Shown here in pieces: positions 9,121 through 16,908 of a stretch of DNA of 32,000 bases (its first letter is position 1; each line of letters opens with the position of its first letter). The translations under genes were made by a program, and so were the position numbers. Location: contig NZ_CP042905.2 in assembly GCF_008000775.2 (NCBI RefSeq), positions 1,350,001 to 1,382,000 of the forward strand, written 5' to 3'. Origin of the DNA: Promethearchaeum syntrophicum. Its GTDB lineage: Archaea > Asgardarchaeota > Lokiarchaeia > Sigyniarchaeales > Promethearchaeaceae. Under the pieces are notes generated by a model. It did no database searches. It was not told the origin of the DNA and was given only the letters and a program-made list of their open reading frames with translations.

Positions 9121-9846
9121 TTAAGCTTCTGGCTCAGGCCGAGAAATTTTTGATTCAAAATCATTAACAGTTAAATCAATATCGCCATCGGGAGGAATTT
9201 TTCCTCTCTCTCTCATAATTTGTCTTGCTAATAGCCATAACATACGGCATAAACTTTTACGGCCCCGATTATTAGCCGGAATTGCTAAATCTATATCATA
9301 AAGATAGTCATCAGTATCAATGAAAGATACAACTGGAATTCTAGCTAATTTAGCTTCAGAAAGTGCTTGTTTATCCGCATGTGGATCAATCATTAAAAGC
9401 ACATCTGCTTCATGAAATTGGTCAATTAAAGGATTTGTTAGCGTCCCTGGTATAAATCTATCTGCAAATGCAGTAGCTCCAGTAACTTCACAAAACTTTC
9501 TCACAGGGTTTCGACCATAGCGTCTTACACTACAAACCATAATTCTTTCTGGTTCAAAGGAAGCTAAAAATTTACCCGCAATTCGAATTCGACGATCTGT
9601 TTCTAATAAATTCAGAACATATAAACCATAACTGGTTGTTCTGTAAATCCATTTTTCAGAATGTTTAGTTTTTAACTTGGTTCCTATGTGACAACCTGAC
9701 GCAAGATAATCGTCCCGGGGAATCAGTAGGTTTTCTTCCTTTTCTTCTTGCAAAACTACAGAAGCCTCAAGACTAGCGTTATCGAGATCTGCGTCTTCAT
9801 CAGCATCTGCTTTTTTCTTTTTTTCTTTTTTACTCAAATAAGTCAC
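9121..9846 (-). CDS. rps2: 30S ribosomal protein uS2, archaeal type
   Basis: DYLASGCHIGTKLKTKHSEKWIYRTTSYGLYVLNLLETDRRIRIAGKFLA; RFIPGTLTNP; PVVSFIDTDDYLYDIDLAIPANNRGRKSLCRMLWLLARQ. GTG at 9846 lies in AGGTGA; the true start may be the TTG three codons later. Confidence 0.97.
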   Translation of the reverse strand: MTYLSKKEKKKKADADEDADLDNASLEASVVLQEEKEENLLIPRDDYLASGCHIGTKLKTKHSEKWIYRTTSYGLYVLNLLETDRRIRIAGKFLASFEPERIMVCSVRRYGRNPVRKFCEVTGATAFADRFIPGTLTNPLIDQFHEADVLLMIDPHADKQALSEAKLARIPVVSFIDTDDYLYDIDLAIPANNRGRKSLCRMLWLLARQIMRERGKIPPDGDIDLTVNDFESKISRPEPEA

Positions 9847-9849
9847 CTA

Positions 9850-9945
9850 TTATGTCGTTTCATCGAAATCCTCATCTTCAGAGAACTCCTCGCGAACATT
9901 GTGCGTTTTTTTCCAAATATTTTTTTTAAAATATTCTTTACACAA
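9850..9945 (-). CDS. possible very short ORF just upstream of rps2
   Basis: Manual translation: (TTG)LCKEYFKKNIWKKTHNVREEFSEDEDFDETT*, ending 3 nt before the rps2 start; basic then acidic composition. Not in ORF track. Confidence 0.2.
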   Translation of the reverse strand: MCKEYFKKNIWKKTHNVREEFSEDEDFDETT

Positions 9946-10049
9946 TGATTTGAGTTTTTAAGCGTTTCATGAATTAAGAAATTTTTCTTTTAATTCTTTT
10001 AATTTTTTGGTCTTAAATTTATTAAGGAAATAAATCAAAATATAAAATA

Positions 10050-10604
10050 ATGCAAGTTAAAAAGAACCACATTCAAATTGTGTTATCTGTTATTATTGGT
10101 CTTATTTTTGCGTGTTTTGGTGTATTTCTTTTTAGTAATTTTCAGTATCGCGGGTTAACCATAAAGGATAATGTATATCCATCAATTTCTGCTGGTAATT
10201 TTAATTCATTCATGTACGGGATTTGGGTTTTACTAGGTTCAGGTTTTATGGCTGATTGGTTCCTTGAATTTTCGGCAGCGAATATTGCAAATTCATCTAT
10301 AGGTGCCATTCTATTTGGAGACACAATTTTACCTGCAATACTTACATGGTTTACAGTGGGATTTTCTATCAGTATTATTGTGAAAGGGTTTAAAAGAGGA
10401 TTGATTGTAAGTTTGATTATATTTCTATCAGTTTTCTTTTTGTGGCTCATTACTGGAATATTTGCTGGTGCCGATATTACCGCGATTTTTATAACAAATA
10501 TATTAAATACCCTAAGTGAAATTTTCACTATTCTTATTTCACTAATACCGGGTAGTGTAATTGGTGGACTGATAAGAACTAGATTAGTCAGTTTGAAAAA
10601 ATGA
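10050..10604 (+). CDS. small multi-pass membrane protein, unknown function
   Basis: Four or so hydrophobic segments (IVLSVIIGLIFACFGVFLF, LTWFTVGFSISIIV, SLIIFLSVFFLWLITGIFAG, ILISLIPGSVIGGLI). Stop overlaps start of next gene (ATGA). Confidence 0.7.
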   Translation: MQVKKNHIQIVLSVIIGLIFACFGVFLFSNFQYRGLTIKDNVYPSISAGNFNSFMYGIWVLLGSGFMADWFLEFSAANIANSSIGAILFGDTILPAILTWFTVGFSISIIVKGFKRGLIVSLIIFLSVFFLWLITGIFAGADITAIFITNILNTLSEIFTILISLIPGSVIGGLIRTRLVSLKK

Positions 10605-12625
10605 GATCTTCAAATAAAAATCTTAAAATCTTGAAAGAAATTCCCATTTCAAGCATTCAAATTCAAGATAAGTTCTGGACCCCTCGATTGCAAAGAAATC
10701 AGGAAGATTTGTTAATCTATCAATACAGCCAATTAGAGAGAACAGGTTGTATTGATAATTTTCGAATATTAGCGGGCAAAAAGGATGGGATTAGGAAAGG
10801 TTTTTTCTTTTCCGATTCAGATGCTTATAAATGGGCTGAAGCTGCTGCGATAAGCTTAAACCTGACAAAAAATCAACATTTATTAGATAAATTAGATGAA
10901 TTTATAGAAATTATTGAAAAAGCCCAACATAATGATGGGTATCTCTATACGTATAATCAAATTAATTTTAAAAATCGCAGATGGTCAAATTTACCTATGG
11001 AACATGAATTATATTGCATGGGTCATTTAATAGAAGCTGGAATTGCTCATTTTATCGCCACTAATTCGAAAAAATTTCTAAATGTTGCAATAAAAAGTGC
11101 TGATTTAATTGTGAGAGAATTTCTTAATAAATCGCCCGAAAAAACATCTGGACATGAAGAAATTGAATTGGCATTATTACGTCTTTATAAAATAACCAAG
11201 AATTTGAATTATTTAAATTTATCACAACAATTTCTTGAACAAAGAGGTAAAATAGAACATTTTATTCCAATATTAATTAGAAGTGTATTAAATCAAAGGA
11301 AAGCTGAAAAAGAAATTAAAAAAGGGCTTAAAAAACAACTAAAAAATAAAAAAAAAGTAAGATCTCATGATCTTAGCGAAAATATTAACAACAAGGAGAA
11401 TTTCCTATTTTTGATTAGAATGTTAAGTTCTGCACTTTCGGGAACTTATTTCCAACAAGATATTCCTTTCAATAAAATGTATAAAGCTGATGGGCACTCT
11501 GTAAGGTGGGGTTACTATATGATTGGACACACCTTACTTTCTCAAGAAACAAAAGATTACTCAAAAATAATACAACTTAACAATATTTGGGAAAATACCA
11601 TTACAAAACGTATGTATCTTACAGGTGGTCTGGGTTCAATTCCGATTATTGAGGGTTTTGGGAGAGATTATGAACTTTCAAATAAACATGCTTATTGTGA
11701 GACTTGTGCCGCAATATCAGGAATATTTTGGAATTGGGAGATGTTAAAGTGTACTGGAGAAGCAAAATTTGCAGACCTCTTGGAATGGCAATTATATAAT
11801 GCTTCCTTAGTTGGAATTTCTAGCATGGATAATTTATATTTTTATAGAAATGTGTTAGAATCTGATGGTAATTTCTATAGAAGTCCATGGTTCGATACTG
11901 CTTGTTGCCCTTCCAACCTCTCACGTTTATGGGGAATGGTTGGGAAATATATTTATACAGTGTCTTCTGAAATTCTTTGGATTCATCAATATATTGGAAA
12001 TAAATCTAATTTATCAGTTCCTCTAAGGAAAAAAGGGGAAGCTATTTCATTATCGGTCCAACTTAATTCCTCTTTTCCTTGGGAAGGAGAATGTGAAGTT
12101 ACCATAAATTTGGATAAGCCTACATTCTTTTCTTTAAATCTAAGAATTCCTAGTTGGGTCGAAGAGTATTCAATTTTCATAAATGATCAGCCTTTTTCTT
12201 CATCGGAAATTGATAAAATTCCTGAAAACATAAGTACTGCAAGTGGTTATTCTCCCTATAGATCAAAATACATTACCATAAAACGCGAATGGAATCTTAA
12301 TGATAAAATCAGGATTAATTTTCCGATGATAATTAAAATTCACCGTTCTCATCCAAAAGTGAGAACGAATAGAAATAAAATTGCTCTCTCACGGGGGCCT
12401 ATAGTATATTGTTTGGAAGATCTTGATAACCCTAAGGCAAATATCCCAAAGGCGTGTATTAATTTAAACGAACCATTAAAAGCAAGTTTCTTAAATAAAT
12501 TACTTAACGGGGTTCATATTTTAGAAGGAAAAGACTGTTTTGATAATTCATTGGTATTTATTCCATATTTCTTATGGGCTAATCGTGAAATTTCTAAAAT
12601 GCAAGTCTATGTAAGTGAAAAATAG
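10601..12625 (+). CDS. glycoside hydrolase family 127-like (DUF1680; beta-L-arabinofuranosidase family)
   Basis: HELYCMGHLIEAGIAH, RMYLTGGLGS, AYCETCAAISGIFWNWEML and DTACCPSNLSRLWG match the Zn/Cys active-site motifs of HypBA1-type enzymes. No obvious signal peptide. Confidence 0.85.
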   Translation: MRSSNKNLKILKEIPISSIQIQDKFWTPRLQRNQEDLLIYQYSQLERTGCIDNFRILAGKKDGIRKGFFFSDSDAYKWAEAAAISLNLTKNQHLLDKLDEFIEIIEKAQHNDGYLYTYNQINFKNRRWSNLPMEHELYCMGHLIEAGIAHFIATNSKKFLNVAIKSADLIVREFLNKSPEKTSGHEEIELALLRLYKITKNLNYLNLSQQFLEQRGKIEHFIPILIRSVLNQRKAEKEIKKGLKKQLKNKKKVRSHDLSENINNKENFLFLIRMLSSALSGTYFQQDIPFNKMYKADGHSVRWGYYMIGHTLLSQETKDYSKIIQLNNIWENTITKRMYLTGGLGSIPIIEGFGRDYELSNKHAYCETCAAISGIFWNWEMLKCTGEAKFADLLEWQLYNASLVGISSMDNLYFYRNVLESDGNFYRSPWFDTACCPSNLSRLWGMVGKYIYTVSSEILWIHQYIGNKSNLSVPLRKKGEAISLSVQLNSSFPWEGECEVTINLDKPTFFSLNLRIPSWVEEYSIFINDQPFSSSEIDKIPENISTASGYSPYRSKYITIKREWNLNDKIRINFPMIIKIHRSHPKVRTNRNKIALSRGPIVYCLEDLDNPKANIPKACINLNEPLKASFLNKLLNGVHILEGKDCFDNSLVFIPYFLWANREISKMQVYVSEK

Positions 12626-12684
12626 GATATTTTATCTATTGCTATTCTTTTTTTTAATGGGGAATTAAAATTCGAAGAAAAGGA

Positions 12685-13062
12685 TTGTCAATTTTTTGGC
12701 CACAATATTTCGATAAAAATCGACCAATTAGATTGGGTCGCAGAGTGTCTAAAGAAAATGCCACTGATAAACCATTGGTTGAAGATGTTCTAACAGCTGC
12801 AAAAAATCTAAAATATGTAGCAGAAATTGATACTCAAAGTAAATATCCACGAAGTCCATTTGATGCGAATGGTTTAGTTATGATTGATATAATGGGTCAA
12901 AAGAAAAATTGGGTTTTAAAAAAAATGGCTCCAGAAGTAAAACTCGCGAAGGAAAATCGCATTTCCTCAGCTAAATTAGATAGAGTTAAAAAGAATCGTA
13001 AAAAACATAAAGCTAAAACAGAATTATTAAAAAGCAAAATTGAAAAACGTAAAAAAAAGTAA
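12685..13062 (+). CDS. srp19: signal recognition particle subunit SRP19
   Basis: IFWPQYFDKNRPIRLGRRVSKENATDKPLVEDVLTAAKNL...YPRSPFDANGLVMID; Lys-rich C-terminus. Confidence 0.85.
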   Translation: MSIFWPQYFDKNRPIRLGRRVSKENATDKPLVEDVLTAAKNLKYVAEIDTQSKYPRSPFDANGLVMIDIMGQKKNWVLKKMAPEVKLAKENRISSAKLDRVKKNRKKHKAKTELLKSKIEKRKKK

Positions 13063-13271
13063 ATTTCTTGACTTAATCTAATGTTCTGAACTACATTTTT
13101 TTCATATTCTTCCAAGATTTTTTTAAAGCTATGCCTTAAAATCCACGGGATAAGAAATAATCATTTTCTATTAAAAGTTTTTCAAAAAGGGATATTAGAA
13201 TTAAGGATTGAAATGATAGGGGTAATTAAGATAAAAATTATGTAGAAAAATAAAAATAATTAAAAGATTAA

Positions 13272-13655
13272 TTATTTCTCGAGTAATTTACCATTAATTT
13301 GCCCGGTTTGACCTGGTCTACTCGTAATTTGTACTGATCCCAATTTCGTTTTAACAATAGCGCCTTTTGTGAGAATATTTCTACGGTTATAATCAACTGA
13401 AGCTTTATTTTCTTCTAATCCCTCAATTTTTACCCGAATTGTTTTTTTTTTCTTTACATCAGAGACATTTATCATATCTGCTGAATAAGCTTTAATCTTG
13501 ATATTTCCTCCACGTGTACGGATGATTTTCTTTCGTTCATCGTCTATTTTTGTTTCAATTGCATTTCGTCCTAATCTAGATTTCCGTTTTTTGTGGGCCG
13601 AATGTATTTTATTTCCTGTTGCGCCTCTTCGGCTGCGTTCTTGGTATTTTACCAC
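13272..13655 (-). CDS. rps8e: 30S ribosomal protein eS8
   Basis: RRGATGNKIHSAHKKRKSRLGRNAIETKI...RTRGGNIKIKAYSADMINV; ...NILTKGAIVKTKLGSVQITSRPGQTGQINGKL. Confidence 0.95.
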   Translation of the reverse strand: MVKYQERSRRGATGNKIHSAHKKRKSRLGRNAIETKIDDERKKIIRTRGGNIKIKAYSADMINVSDVKKKKTIRVKIEGLEENKASVDYNRRNILTKGAIVKTKLGSVQITSRPGQTGQINGKLLEK

Positions 13656-13727
13656 AGTAAATTCACAAGATATTGAATTTTTCGCTAATATTAAATTTTT
13701 CGATTTATTAAAAATATAAAAGATTTA

Positions 13728-14954
13728 CTATTCTCCCAAATCTATTTTATCTCCGATCTTCTGATCAAGCGATATTATTGCATTAAATATTAATTCAGAT
13801 ACATCTCTCATTTTATTTTGATCTATCTTATCAGTATTATCTTCAGCAGTATGTAAATATGGTTTATTAGGACTGGTTAAAGAACAAATTTCAAAGCTTT
13901 TCTGATTAAGTGGTAGAAAAATCTTATTGATATAAAAGTTTGGATGAATTTTTTGAACGTGAATCTTCTCCCGATATGCCAGATGCTCAATCAATTTCAC
14001 TAATGAATTTTCTTTTTTTTTGTAACTAAAGATCCCACTTTTCTCGTTAATTGCAATTTTTGCTCCAATTCTATTAATATTTATCAAATAAACATCTTTA
14101 TATTGTCCAAAATTCTCTGAACTTTCCTTCAAAAATGAATTTATTCCCCATGCGCCTATTTCTTTTGCTCCAGAAAATAGAAATTGCAAATCCATCCAAT
14201 CTAATTTAATATTTCCTTCATTCAATCTTTGAATTAGATTAAATAAAACTGCACACCCTGAAGCATTATCTACTGCTCCTTTAGAAGAATTATCAATCCG
14301 ATTTAAAAAATAAATAATTGAAGTAAAAATTGAAACCGATAATCCAATCATAGTAAATATTTTGGAAACTTGAATAAAATTCGCATGTAATTTTCTAATT
14401 CCAATGAATGAAGTGAAGAATGATATGATGAACGAAAATCCCCCTATAATTAAAAGAGCTTTTTGTTGATTAGAATGTTTAAAACCACGAATTTTTCTCC
14501 CAATCGAATCATAATTAGCGTTTATAATAATCAAACCCATTTTAACTTTGAATTCTCTGTGTTTTTCAGAATTCACAGTATAAATCATATTTTTTGATGA
14601 ATGTTGTTTACCAAACTTGAAGTTATTGAGGTTAGTGAGTAAAATAATCAAAATAATTGATAATATTAAGAGTAAAAAAGAAAATGTCATAGCAATTACG
14701 AAAGCATTAAATAAAATTAGGAAAAACTGTGTTGCAAAAAAAATCATAGCGAAAAATGCTATTCCTTTCTCAATAATAACTAAATTATAATAATAATTGA
14801 AATTCTTTACAATAGGATTACAGCCCAACTTTTTAAGCTTGGAAAATATATATATTTGAGCATCTTTTTCTCCTTTTGAACCCATCATTCGAGGAAAACT
14901 TAATTCTTTAGCAATTTCCAAAATTTTGACAGATTCTTTTTCAAAACTTTTCAT
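13728..14954 (-). CDS. M28-family-like membrane protein, probably catalytically altered
   Basis: NANYDS / SSKGAVDNASGCAVL / SGAKEIGAWGINSF / LININRIGAK / LHTAEDNTDKID follow the M28 motif order but with substitutions. Two hydrophobic regions precede or interrupt the domain. Confidence 0.75.
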   Translation of the reverse strand: MKSFEKESVKILEIAKELSFPRMMGSKGEKDAQIYIFSKLKKLGCNPIVKNFNYYYNLVIIEKGIAFFAMIFFATQFFLILFNAFVIAMTFSFLLLILSIILIILLTNLNNFKFGKQHSSKNMIYTVNSEKHREFKVKMGLIIINANYDSIGRKIRGFKHSNQQKALLIIGGFSFIISFFTSFIGIRKLHANFIQVSKIFTMIGLSVSIFTSIIYFLNRIDNSSKGAVDNASGCAVLFNLIQRLNEGNIKLDWMDLQFLFSGAKEIGAWGINSFLKESSENFGQYKDVYLININRIGAKIAINEKSGIFSYKKKENSLVKLIEHLAYREKIHVQKIHPNFYINKIFLPLNQKSFEICSLTSPNKPYLHTAEDNTDKIDQNKMRDVSELIFNAIISLDQKIGDKIDLGE

Positions 14955-15052
14955 TCGTGAAAAGAGATTATTTCTACACCTAAAAAAAATTTTTCCAAGA
15001 TTTCCAAATTTTCAATAATTTTGTTTCATTTAAAGTATTCAGTGGAAAACCA

Positions 15053-15508
15053 ATGGTAATTTCTCTAAAAATTAAAATGAATTTATATCCGACTGAGGAA
15101 AAAGAGAATTTAGTCAAATTATTTAATTTCTTTTATCCGGTTGAAACAATCACAACCTCACAACCAGATAGTTCAGGTGTTTCAGAAATGTCCGTAGAGA
15201 TAGAAGGTAATAACGCGCTAAATTTCATATATAAACAAGTGCGAAAGCAAAGAACTGTTGAAGCTCTAAGACATTTTATTCTTCCAAGAATTATTTTTAA
15301 TACTAATTCGTGTAAATTCTTAATCCATAAACAAGCTCTTAGTATGGGGAAAATAGTCTTATGCAAAACCAAAGAAGAATCACCACTAGGTCCCGTTTAT
15401 TTGGAATTTAAAGCAAATAAAATTGAAAATGTGATTGAATACCTCTTTCCTCCAACAGAAAGAGGGCGAGTTATAGAAACTGGTTTTACTCCAGAAGATT
15501 TAGATTGA
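15053..15508 (+). CDS. RNA-binding domain protein, COG1325-like (archaeal exosome-associated-type family)
   Basis: VETITTSQPDSSGVSEMSVEIEGNNALNFIYKQVRKQRTVEALRHFI...LGPVYLEFKAN...FPPTERGRVIETG. Confidence 0.6.
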   Translation: MVISLKIKMNLYPTEEKENLVKLFNFFYPVETITTSQPDSSGVSEMSVEIEGNNALNFIYKQVRKQRTVEALRHFILPRIIFNTNSCKFLIHKQALSMGKIVLCKTKEESPLGPVYLEFKANKIENVIEYLFPPTERGRVIETGFTPEDLD

Positions 15509-15513
15509 AATAT

Positions 15514-16428
15514 CTAAGGAGATTTTGAATGAATTGCTTTTGAAATCACTTCAGCAATTGAGACCTGCATAAAAGCTGAATCTATTGTATCAGTACCAAT
15601 AATATCAGTTACTCCCGCTTTCATTAGATTAAAAACTGCATTTTTTAACATCAACGGATGTGTCCCTACTGAATAAATTGATTTAGCTCCCGCTGTTTTA
15701 ACGATCTTTATTGCTTTTGCCATAGTTCCCCCTGAAGCGATAATATCATCAGCGATAATTACATCTTTTCCTTGTATTGGGAGATCGCCTTCCATTGTGA
15801 TCTTACCCGTTTTTACATCCCGTTTTTTAATAAATTGAATAACCTGAACATTTTTACCTAAATATCCTGCAAATTTTCGGGAACGTTCATAAGCTCCCTT
15901 ATCTGGACATATCACTATTGGATCTTCACATTTTTTTGCTAGTTCTTTTGCTAAAATTTCCATTGGATCTAAGTTGTATGCAGGAATCTTCAATATTTCA
16001 AAAATTTTTTCTGCATGAACATCAATAGTATAAAATTCGGTTGCTCCTGCTATTTCTATCCATTTCAAAATTTCTTCTGCAAAAATACATTCACCAGGTC
16101 TAAACGCTTTATCTTGGCGTGAATATGCAAAATATGGTACTACAACTCGGATTTTTGAGGCTTTCATACGTTTAGCTGCTCCTATCATCATAATTAACTC
16201 CATTATGTGTAGATTTTGATCACCAGTTGAATTTGCTCCCAATGATTGAATAATAATGATATCTTTACCTTCGAATTCAGCTTCTTCTTCAATATCTATA
16301 CGTAGATAACCCTCTCCGTCAGGAAATACTTTATTTTCGGTTGTAACAACTCGTGTATGCAATAAATTTGCTACTTTCAAACCTAACCTTTGAGAAGTAG
16401 GTCCAGCAATAACGATTTGATTATCCAT
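15514..16428 (-). CDS. prs: ribose-phosphate pyrophosphokinase
   Basis: PDGEGYLRI, FAYSRQDKAFRPGECI, PDKGAYERSRKFAGYLG, PRPP loop VIIADDIIASGGTMAKA. Confidence 0.96.
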   Translation of the reverse strand: MDNQIVIAGPTSQRLGLKVANLLHTRVVTTENKVFPDGEGYLRIDIEEEAEFEGKDIIIIQSLGANSTGDQNLHIMELIMMIGAAKRMKASKIRVVVPYFAYSRQDKAFRPGECIFAEEILKWIEIAGATEFYTIDVHAEKIFEILKIPAYNLDPMEILAKELAKKCEDPIVICPDKGAYERSRKFAGYLGKNVQVIQFIKKRDVKTGKITMEGDLPIQGKDVIIADDIIASGGTMAKAIKIVKTAGAKSIYSVGTHPLMLKNAVFNLMKAGVTDIIGTDTIDSAFMQVSIAEVISKAIHSKSP

Positions 16429-16484
16429 AATATGTCACTTGAATAAGTTTAAAATGTAATTTATATTTTCTAATTTCGTAAATA

Positions 16485-16892
16485 ATGAGTCAAACATCAT
16501 TCGAAATTAGTTTTTCATTTATCGGAACAGGAAAAACTGTGAAAGGAGAGATTCAACGAAACAATTGTCCTCAGACATTTGAAGCAATTAGGGATAAAAT
16601 TCGAGAAAAAGGATTCTACACGGTTCGCAGCCGGGGAAATATTGGTTCCACGAGAACTTATTGGATGCTCTTAATTGGTCTAAGAAAAGGGGGAGAAAAA
16701 GATGAGTATAAAAAATATAAAACTGGGGATATTGTATACTGTCCAAGACAGGATGCCTTGTTTTTAATTATAGATAATCCAAAAATTCAATATCCTGCAT
16801 ATTTTATTGGAAAAGTTACCGAAGGCTTAGAATTATTATCAAGTTTACAAAACGGGGTTATGTGTAAAATCGAATTAAAAGACATCACCTAA
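16485..16892 (+). CDS. cyclophilin-like fold protein (archaeal DUF369 / PF04126-like)
   Basis: FEISFSFIGTGKTVKGEIQRNNCPQTFEAI ... YKTGDIVYCPRQDALFLIIDNP..YPAYFIGKVTEGLELLSSLQNG. Confidence 0.6.
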   Translation: MSQTSFEISFSFIGTGKTVKGEIQRNNCPQTFEAIRDKIREKGFYTVRSRGNIGSTRTYWMLLIGLRKGGEKDEYKKYKTGDIVYCPRQDALFLIIDNPKIQYPAYFIGKVTEGLELLSSLQNGVMCKIELKDIT

Positions 16893-16908
16893 TAAAAAAA
16901 TTATTAAT

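Noticed and set aside
9748-10528. ORFs 9748..9948 (+) and 10142..10528 (-)
   Set aside because: The first is antisense to the rps2 5' end and is a poly-Phe artefact of AT-rich sequence; the second is antisense to a plausible membrane protein.
11986-13115. Minus ORFs 11986..12180 and 12897..13115
   Set aside because: Antisense to GH127 and to SRP19.
13063-13271. 209-bp intergenic region as possible ncRNA
   Set aside because: AT-rich convergent-gene spacer; no stable stem, tRNA-like TPsiC motif or conserved element found by eye.
13498-15372. ORFs 13498..13719 (+) and 15133..15372 (-)
   Set aside because: Antisense to eS8 and to the COG1325-like gene, with no recognisable domains.
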